DNA of 62,571 nt, filler included. It is 6 parts of 6 records of this genome, joined end to end, with 100 filler letters (N's around TTAATTAATTAA, not from the genome) between each part and the next. Parts side by side here need not be neighbours in the genome. Positions count along the whole stretch, not along the records: positions 33,811 to 42,835 come from DRR723986_20373; positions 42,936 to 56,870 come from DRR723986_20381; 4 more parts are not named here. One strand, written 5' to 3'. The translations under genes were made by a program, and so were the position numbers. The notes beneath the pieces were generated by a model. That model had not been told where the DNA came from. It saw only the letters and a program-made list of their open reading frames with translations, and did no database searches. Of the stretch, positions 39,696 to 47,092 are shown in pieces (the stretch's first letter is position 1; every line of letters starts with the position of its first letter).

Positions 39696-42467
39696 TCAAG
39701 AGTAAACCACAACGCTATTGCTGCGTTCGGCCGCGAGCGTCAAAACACTTTCAGCTTCTTCAAGGAAGGCATCGAGAGACTCATGCCCGGCATATTCAAC
39801 CAGGCCAACACTGACTGTAACAGAAAATTGTTGATCGCCACGCTCCAAAATTGTGCTGGCGATTTTGTTGCGGATACGCTCGGCCCACAGTTCCGTGGTG
39901 CGCGAATCCGCGTCGATCATTCCAATGCCGATCGTGTCGTCATTCACACGTCCAATCAGGTCATAGGGGCGGATTTCCCGGCTGAGCATCTCAAGGACGT
40001 GATGCATGCAGCTTTCGGCGAATTCTGTGTTAATGCGCGCCGCAAAATTGCGATACTGATCCATGGAAAGCAGGCAAAGCGTCAGGTGCAGCTTTTGATC
40101 ACGGGCACGCACAAATTCTGCGTACAAGCGATTCTGGAAGGCTGTAAAGTTTGGAATACCTGTCGATTCGTCAATCAAAGCGTTGCTTTGCAGAACGCTG
40201 CTGACGTCTATCTGTTCCAGTACCGAACCGGCATACTCTGCCAGCAGTTCGATGATTTGAATGTCGCCACGCGTCAGTTCATTGCTGCGTGGAGTTTCGA
40301 TGAACACAGCACCAAAACAACTTTGCAGCGATTTAATCGGGACGAAGGTGTACGTTGAATTTTCAAGCGGCATTTCCTGCGGACTTACGCGAATGATATT
40401 CGGATCAATATCGCTGTGAGCGCGCGTTTCGCCGGCCAGAATTGCCTGACCGATCAGAGAATTGTGCAGGTCTACCGGTTCGCCGCTCAGGTTGGCGTGG
40501 CCGCTGTTGCGCATGCGCAATTCGGCAATCACCCAGGACTGGCGCTCCTGTTCATAAATACAGACACCCAGAATTGAGTGCGGAATCAGCGGAGCCAGTT
40601 TATCGACCAATGCAAAACAGATGTCGTGCCGCGTATTATTGGGATCGTTAATCAGACGGCGGAATCCATCAATCGATTCCATCGTCCGCGCCGATTGCAG
40701 CAGGTCGTATTTTTCGCCATAACCCTGGATCAGGCCACCGATCAGTTTGGTAAAGTGCCCCAGGAAGCCAACCGTTTGTGTGTCGTAGGCGTCTTCTTCA
40801 GTTGTATCAGCCGTCAGCACACCCCAGACCATGCCGTTGTAGTAAACCGGCACACCCACAAAGGAGCGTGTGCGCGCGGCGCTGGAGTAGTAGGGCAGCA
40901 GGTCCAGCTCCGCACTTGGATTGATTTCCGTCAGGATTTCCGGCGAGCCATTTGCCGCAATCTGGCTAACGACGTCACTGCCGAAGGCCAGTTTGCGTTT
41001 GTCGATCAGCGCATCTGGATCATCGGAGATTTTACTCTCGATCACAAATTCGGCTTTGTCGATGTTGACCCACAGGAACATCGTCGTGCGTGCGCTGATC
41101 ACTGAGCGAATGACCATCAGCACGCGTTTGATCAGGTAGTCAAATTCTTTGCGCGGTTCGTTGCGCAGGCTGTCGAGGTGTTCCTCAAAAATTTCTTCCA
41201 GCTGGATATTCAGCTTTTTGCGCTTGTGGCCGACGCTGAACTGTTCGTGCTGCTCTTCGCTATCTGCAGCTGCAGGCGCCTCAAGGGGTGCGTTTGCAGC
41301 AGGGCCGGTTTCCGGCGCTTGTGTTTGCGGGGCCGGGGCTACGGGTTTGGCCGGCGCCGGTTTAGCGGCTGCAGCTTGTTTGGCTGCCGTCTCTCTGGCT
41401 GCAGACTCTCTGGCTGCTGCTGATTCTCTAGCTGCTGCTGACTCTTTGGCTGCGGCGCGTTTTTCAGCGCGTTGTTTTTTGCGTTTGGCCTTGGAGCCTG
41501 TCTCTTTGGGCTGTTTGCCGGCCGCGTCCTGGGCTTGTTGTTGTTCGGCTTGCGGCTGGGGTTTAGCGGCTTGAGTCGCGGGGGCTTGGGGCTGGTTTTC
41601 CGCTGGTTTTTCGGATTTTGCTTCCGCAGGCTCCGCTTGAGCTTGTTTTGGCGCGGCAGGCGCGGCTTGAGCACTTTTAGCTGGATTCGTTGGAACTTCG
41701 GGCTGCGTTGCTTCAGGCTGTGGCACTTCTTTGGAGGCTATCTTTTTAGCTGAATCACCAGTGCTGCGTCGTGCTTTCGCAGGTTCTTGATGTGTCTGGG
41801 CCGGCGTTTTTGGCTGTGCCTGCTGTTGTGTTTTGGGCTCGGCCTGAGGTTCTGCTTGAGGTTCTGCTTGAGTTTTCTTGTTTGTCTCCGGGAGAGAAGC
41901 CTCAGCTTGAGTCCCACTGCCGATGATGCGAAAACCTTCGACGCTGTCATCGAGTTCGCTATCATCAGCGCGGTAGGCAGCGCCAATGATTGATCCGGAC
42001 GCTGCGTCAGGTTGCGGCGTCGGCGGAGCTACGGGCACGGTCTTGCGACTTGGGGCCGGCGGCGGCGTTGTGGAACCCGCCTGTTCAGCGGCCTGCTCGT
42101 GCTCAGGTGAGTTTTGGGCGGCACCGTCTTCATCTGGCGGACGGTTGGGAAATTCGTCGTTGCCAAAAGAAGCGGCATAGTCATCAAAGATGAGCCGTTT
42201 AGTGGTTGGGTCTTGCTTGACGGTCGTCTTAAACGCTGTGGTTTCGGAGACCGGTTTAGTGGCGTGCATTGATATGTCTTTCGTTCGCTGCGAGAAGAGC
42301 AGGAACAGAGCGACGACGCCCAGGATGGAAACGCAGGCGCCGATCAGCTTGATGGCTGCCTGGTCTAGAAACAGTGCAATACCCAGGCCCAGCAGGATCG
42401 CCAGAACAGCTGGAAAATCCGTGACCGGATTGATAAGGCGCCAAAACTCTTGACTGCGATTTGTCAT
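39696..42467 (-). CDS. Membrane-anchored protein: 2 TM, long P/Q/A/K-rich linker, two GAF domains, degenerate GGDEF
   Basis: N-terminal hydrophobic pair; GAF (RSFVGVPV...GVLTAD); C-terminal D..TGIPN...TVSVG fold with the signature read as RVNDDT. Confidence 0.8.
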   Translation of the reverse strand: MTNRSQEFWRLINPVTDFPAVLAILLGLGIALFLDQAAIKLIGACVSILGVVALFLLFSQRTKDISMHATKPVSETTAFKTTVKQDPTTKRLIFDDYAASFGNDEFPNRPPDEDGAAQNSPEHEQAAEQAGSTTPPPAPSRKTVPVAPPTPQPDAASGSIIGAAYRADDSELDDSVEGFRIIGSGTQAEASLPETNKKTQAEPQAEPQAEPKTQQQAQPKTPAQTHQEPAKARRSTGDSAKKIASKEVPQPEATQPEVPTNPAKSAQAAPAAPKQAQAEPAEAKSEKPAENQPQAPATQAAKPQPQAEQQQAQDAAGKQPKETGSKAKRKKQRAEKRAAAKESAAARESAAARESAARETAAKQAAAAKPAPAKPVAPAPQTQAPETGPAANAPLEAPAAADSEEQHEQFSVGHKRKKLNIQLEEIFEEHLDSLRNEPRKEFDYLIKRVLMVIRSVISARTTMFLWVNIDKAEFVIESKISDDPDALIDKRKLAFGSDVVSQIAANGSPEILTEINPSAELDLLPYYSSAARTRSFVGVPVYYNGMVWGVLTADTTEEDAYDTQTVGFLGHFTKLIGGLIQGYGEKYDLLQSARTMESIDGFRRLINDPNNTRHDICFALVDKLAPLIPHSILGVCIYEQERQSWVIAELRMRNSGHANLSGEPVDLHNSLIGQAILAGETRAHSDIDPNIIRVSPQEMPLENSTYTFVPIKSLQSCFGAVFIETPRSNELTRGDIQIIELLAEYAGSVLEQIDVSSVLQSNALIDESTGIPNFTAFQNRLYAEFVRARDQKLHLTLCLLSMDQYRNFAARINTEFAESCMHHVLEMLSREIRPYDLIGRVNDDTIGIGMIDADSRTTELWAERIRNKIASTILERGDQQFSVTVSVGLVEYAGHESLDAFLEEAESVLTLAAERSNSVVVYS

Positions 42468-42935
42468 GCGGGGAGACTTTGAGAAAACACACAGAACAGA
42501 AAATGTGTGTTCGCGGACAAATGCCGACAGACGTCAAACATTTGGGCGGTGCGGCGCTGAGGGCAGGCACAAAAACATCATTGTCAAACAGGTCGCGGTA
42601 CGATGTACCGTGAGTCCATTAAAGTTCGCAATTGATTGAAGATGTAAGCTGCTGCAAGGAAAACTTCGCCACCGCCGGGACATCCTGTGAACAGGAGTAT
42701 TCCGCGAATAAGCAATAAATTACACAAATCCGCGAACATGCTCAAATCGGGGATTTGAGGTGGTTGGCGGAGCTGTGGGATGGGGGATATTTTTTGAGCC
42801 TCAATAAAGTAATCCAGAGCAGCTGCTCTGGATTANNNNNNNNNNNNNNNNNNNNNNNNNNNNNNNNNNNNNNNNNNNNTTAATTAATTAANNNNNNNNN
42901 NNNNNNNNNNNNNNNNNNNNNNNNNNNNNNNNNNN

Positions 42936-42965
42936 CTTGAGTCAATGTGGTCGTTCGAAGCCTGA
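42936..42965 (+). CDS. Precursor peptide copy 1, C-terminal fragment (...LESMWSFEA*)
   Basis: CTT GAG TCA ATG TGG TCG TTC GAA GCC TGA gives the same peptide end as the gene at 43011-43184. Truncated by the contig start. Confidence 0.8.
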   Translation, partial: LESMWSFEA

Positions 42966-43010
42966 GAACATTAGTATTTGGTCACCATTTCTTGACGTAG
43001 AGACAGCACT

Positions 43011-43184
43011 ATGCAAAATTCAACCGTTCAGACACTGACATTAGATGAAATGACCCAATTGGATGCTGGTGCTACCGTGCACGGCGCCGATTTCTCGCAA
43101 CTATCAGACATCCACAGCTCCACCAGCAGTGATACAATCAATGGCAGCTACAGCCTAGAGTCAATGTGGTCCTTTGAAGCCTGA
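43011..43184 (+). CDS. Double-glycine-type leader precursor peptide (57 aa), copy 2
   Basis: MQNSTVQTLTLDEMTQLDAG-ATVHGADFSQLSDIHSSTSSDTINGSYSLESMWSFEA. The leader fits L(-12), E(-8), M(-7), L(-4), A-G(-2,-1). It lies directly upstream of a C39 ABC transporter and is absent from the ORF track (under 60 aa). Confidence 0.85.
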   Translation: MQNSTVQTLTLDEMTQLDAGATVHGADFSQLSDIHSSTSSDTINGSYSLESMWSFEA

Positions 43185-43217
43185 TTAACCATTCGGCCTT
43201 TAAGTTTTAAAATTTCT

Positions 43218-43257
43218 AAGTCCGCGAATAAAGTATTCGAGGGCTTTTTTTGTTTTT
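43218..43257 (+). terminator. Intrinsic terminator after the precursor genes
   Basis: Stem AAGTCCGCGAATA-aag-TATTCGAGGGCTT followed by TTTTTGTTTTT. Confidence 0.7.
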
Positions 43258-43360
43258 GGCATGATAATAGTGTATTTGTTCCGTGAATTAGTGATTGATG
43301 GTTTATTGTAGGCAAGCGGAGTCTCACGACTGCCTGGTTAGACTAATTCAGTGGAATCGA

Positions 43361-45547
43361 ATGTTTGAATCTTACAAAGTTGTTCAGCAACAAGCACAGC
43401 GGGATTGTGGTGCGGCATGCCTTGCGACCGTCGCCCTTTTCCACGGCTTAACCCTGCCATTTGCCCGCGTACGCGAATATGCAGCGACCGATACCGGTGG
43501 AACGACCGTTCTGGGGATGGTGACAGCTGCCGAGAAACTCGGCTTCAATGCAAAGGGTGTCAGAGCAACAGACGAATCCCTTGAGGAACTCCCACTTCCC
43601 TTCGTCGCCAGAATCGAAAAGCCTGGTGTGGGACCACACTACGTCGTCGTCTTTAAATTCAATAAGTCCAAGGTCGTAATTGGTGATCCAGCTGTTGGGC
43701 TTTGCAAGATTTCGCGGTCGGAGTTCCTTGACCAATGGACAAATATCGCCATTCTGTTGAGTCCAGGTGAGGAATTCGAGAGAGGTAATCTAACGCAGAG
43801 TAATATGCAGCGTTTTATGGACCTCGTCAAACCCCATAAAGTTCTGGCAATGGAAGCCTTCATTGCCGCTCTTTTTTACACAGTTCTGGGTGTTGCCACA
43901 GCTTTCTACGTTGGCCTCTTGCTGGATGAAGTCTTCCCGAATCACGATGAGCGGCTGCTGCATGTATTGTCGGCAGGTATGCTGCTCATCATTGTATTCC
44001 GCGCATTTTTCGGCTGGCTCAGGCGCCTATTACTATTGCTGATTGCACAAAAAATTGATGCGCGTCTCATTCTGGGCTATTACAAACACATACTGCGCCT
44101 GCCGCAATCGTTCTTCGATGCACGCCGCGTGGGCGAAATCATAGCACGTGTCAATGATGCTGTAAAAATTCGCAATGCCGTCGGGGGCACAACTCTTACG
44201 GTAGTGATTGACTCCCTGATGATTGTGTTTGCCTTTGCTGTTCTGGTTTTGTATTCCTGGAAACTGGCGCTGCTGGCAGCCGCGGTGTTCCCCGGTTTTG
44301 TAATGCTCTACCTGTTCCTGCGAAACCCGATTCGGACAACGCAGCGCAAGCTTATGGAAAGTTCTGCGGAGCTGCAGGCACAATACACTTCGAGTATCAA
44401 TGGCATTGACACAATCAAGGCCGTCTCTGCCGAACGATCATCCAACCTGAAGACCGAGCTGATATTCACACGTATCCTGCGTTTGATGGAACGTGCCACA
44501 AAACAAAGCATGGTCAATGGCACTGCCGCCGAAACCTTGAGCGGACTCGCAGTCCTGGGCTTGTTCTGGTACGGGGGCACACTCGTTTTTGCCGGAGAAG
44601 TCACACTAGGAGAGCTGGTAGCATCTTACACTCTGGTTGGGTATTTAACTGCACCGCTGGCGCGACTCATCAACGTTCATCAGTCAGTGCAGGATGCCCT
44701 TATCGCCGCCGATCGACTCTATGAAATCCTTGCAATTGAAACCGAAGATGCGCCGAATGAACTGAAGATCAGTCTTCAGCCAGATTCGGTTGAAGGCGCC
44801 ATCTCTCTTCACGATTGCAACTTTCGCTATGGTGCACGCGCCTGGACGCTTAAAAATGTCAACCTTGAGATTCCCGCCGGTAAGATAACGGCGATTGTTG
44901 GTGAATCCGGCTCCGGCAAGACTTCCCTGCTCAAGCTGCTGCAAAAACTCTACACAGTCAATGAAGGCAAGATTTTGCTGGATGGTGTTGACCTGCGCGA
45001 CATTGACATGGCGTCCCTGAGACGCATCATGGGAATTGTTCCCCAGTCAATCGAGCTGTTTCACGGCAGCGTTCTGGAAAATGTAGCCCTGGGAGACTTC
45101 AATCCGCGTGTGGAAAAAGTAATGGAAGTCTGTGCTCTGGTTGGTGCAGACTCATTCATAAACGACCTGCCTTCGCGTTACAATACTCTACTTGGTGAAC
45201 ACGGAGCAACTATTTCGGGCGGCCAGCGGCAGCGCCTGGCGATTGCCAGGGCCTTATATAATGATCCAAAATTACTCTTGCTGGATGAAGCGACCAGTAA
45301 TTTGGATAGTGAAGCCGAAGCCGCGATTCAAACATTACTTGGCCTGCTTAAGTATCAGCATATGACGATTGTTATGGTCGCACATCGCCTCTCAACAGTC
45401 ATGCGGGCGGACCAGATCGTTGTTCTGGAGGCCGGGCAAATCGTAGAGTCAGGCAATCACAAAGAACTAATTGAACGTCGCGGTAAGTACTTCCAGCTCT
45501 GGAATCGGCAATTACCGCTTGATGCTCTTAATGATCTATTTTCATAG
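43361..45547 (+). CDS. Peptidase-containing ABC transporter (PCAT; C39 peptidase + TMD + NBD, SunT/LanT-like)
   Basis: QQQAQRDCGAACL (catalytic Cys), PHYVVV (His), IGDP (Asp), Walker A GESGSGKT, ISGGQRQR, LLDEATS and AHRL. Start set at MFESYKVV. Confidence 0.95.
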   Translation: MFESYKVVQQQAQRDCGAACLATVALFHGLTLPFARVREYAATDTGGTTVLGMVTAAEKLGFNAKGVRATDESLEELPLPFVARIEKPGVGPHYVVVFKFNKSKVVIGDPAVGLCKISRSEFLDQWTNIAILLSPGEEFERGNLTQSNMQRFMDLVKPHKVLAMEAFIAALFYTVLGVATAFYVGLLLDEVFPNHDERLLHVLSAGMLLIIVFRAFFGWLRRLLLLLIAQKIDARLILGYYKHILRLPQSFFDARRVGEIIARVNDAVKIRNAVGGTTLTVVIDSLMIVFAFAVLVLYSWKLALLAAAVFPGFVMLYLFLRNPIRTTQRKLMESSAELQAQYTSSINGIDTIKAVSAERSSNLKTELIFTRILRLMERATKQSMVNGTAAETLSGLAVLGLFWYGGTLVFAGEVTLGELVASYTLVGYLTAPLARLINVHQSVQDALIAADRLYEILAIETEDAPNELKISLQPDSVEGAISLHDCNFRYGARAWTLKNVNLEIPAGKITAIVGESGSGKTSLLKLLQKLYTVNEGKILLDGVDLRDIDMASLRRIMGIVPQSIELFHGSVLENVALGDFNPRVEKVMEVCALVGADSFINDLPSRYNTLLGEHGATISGGQRQRLAIARALYNDPKLLLLDEATSNLDSEAEAAIQTLLGLLKYQHMTIVMVAHRLSTVMRADQIVVLEAGQIVESGNHKELIERRGKYFQLWNRQLPLDALNDLFS

Positions 45548-45702
45548 TCATTTCGTTACATCTTCAATTCCTTGGTTAAGGAAACTGTAACGAAGCTCTA
45601 TATTATGCTGAATTCTTGTAATTTCCGCATGCCTTATAAGCTGCGGTGGATACGCAATTCAGAGGGTAGAGAGCGTTTTTTCCGGAACGACATTATCTCT
45701 AT

Positions 45703-47001
45703 ATGAGCGGTAACGAAGACATAAAGGGTGGACCAATTTTAACGCGGCCAACGAAACAACGTGGCAGCGACAAGGAAGAGCGCGCTGTAGATGCTCTGCC
45801 TGACGAGGTTTTATTGCGGAAGGAATTGCTTCCCAACACCCTGGAAGTTTATCTGGCGCGCCCCAGCTATGCGCTGCGCATCGGCTTTTGGTTGCTGGCT
45901 TTGCTACTGACCGGCCTGGTAATATGGGCATCATTTGCTACAATTGATGTCATGGTGAAAGCGCGCGGCAGCATCCGCCCGGCAACGGACGTACAGCAAT
46001 TTATAAGCCCTTTTGATGGAGAAGTTGATCAAATCTTCGTTAAAGAAAATTCAACTGTGGCAGCCGGTGATACATTGATGGTTTTTGACGTCAGTGAGTG
46101 GCAAGAGCAGTTGCAAATCAATGACGTTCAGCTCTCAATGATCGCCAGTGAAAAAACAGATCTCAGGGCTATGCTGGCGGCAACGCCTCTGAGTTTTAAC
46201 GGAGATGCATATCAAAGTCTCCTTCCCTCACCACCGGCACTGGTTATCCCCAAGTACATTTCGCGCTACAATGCTTTTACCCGGGACGTACAACTCTTGA
46301 TCCAGCAGTACGAAGTCTACCGCAAACGCGCAGACCGGGCAGATGAGTTATTTGCCAAAAGTGTCATAAGTGTTGAAGAACATGAGGCAAGCCTGGGAAC
46401 CGCAAGACTCCAGGAATTGCAGATAACACAGTACTTAAACAATACATACAAAGACCTGCGCGAGACTGTTTTCAACCTGGAGCAGGAAGTTAATTCGCTA
46501 CAACGCTCAGCTGCAACACTTAACGAAAATATCAACAAAGCACATGTCATCTCCAATGTGAGTGGTACCGTGACGGCACTGCAGGTCGAAATGGCAGGAG
46601 TATTTAGGTCGCGCGGCAGTGAACTTTGCCTGATTACACCTGACGAGGACCTACATGCCGAGATTCAGATTCTGCCACGTGATATCGGTTTACTGCGCGA
46701 AGACCTTAAAGTTAACTTTCTCGTAGATGCATATAGCTTCTCCGAGTGGGGAATTGCCACCGGTTACATCAGCGTCATCCCAGCTGATGTCACCCAGGAC
46801 AACAAAAGCGCACAGCCCTATTTCAAAGTGCAGGCAGAATTTGACTCTGTGACCCTGGACTACAAACGCCCATCCAACCGCAAGCTGCAAGTGAGCCTGC
46901 GCAAAGGTCTCGATTTCCAGGCAAATATTATTGTGGGCGAGAAACGTTTGATTGAATCACTGATCGACAAAACAGTCGATTACTTCTACTTCACAGATTA
47001 A
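45703..47001 (+). CDS. HlyD family membrane-fusion / periplasmic adaptor protein
   Basis: Single N-terminal TM, lipoyl-like halves (SPFDGEV..IFVKEN..V.AGD and SNVSGTV), coiled coil, and DIG...V...DAY...G C-terminal beta domain. Confidence 0.92.
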   Translation: MSGNEDIKGGPILTRPTKQRGSDKEERAVDALPDEVLLRKELLPNTLEVYLARPSYALRIGFWLLALLLTGLVIWASFATIDVMVKARGSIRPATDVQQFISPFDGEVDQIFVKENSTVAAGDTLMVFDVSEWQEQLQINDVQLSMIASEKTDLRAMLAATPLSFNGDAYQSLLPSPPALVIPKYISRYNAFTRDVQLLIQQYEVYRKRADRADELFAKSVISVEEHEASLGTARLQELQITQYLNNTYKDLRETVFNLEQEVNSLQRSAATLNENINKAHVISNVSGTVTALQVEMAGVFRSRGSELCLITPDEDLHAEIQILPRDIGLLREDLKVNFLVDAYSFSEWGIATGYISVIPADVTQDNKSAQPYFKVQAEFDSVTLDYKRPSNRKLQVSLRKGLDFQANIIVGEKRLIESLIDKTVDYFYFTD

Positions 47002-47092
47002 CAGAGCAGCCTCTTCCCTACCGGGAAGCAAGTTCTGTTTAACGATTTGTGGTATTCAAAGAATTAACAGGCCAGACAGGCAAACCCAAATA

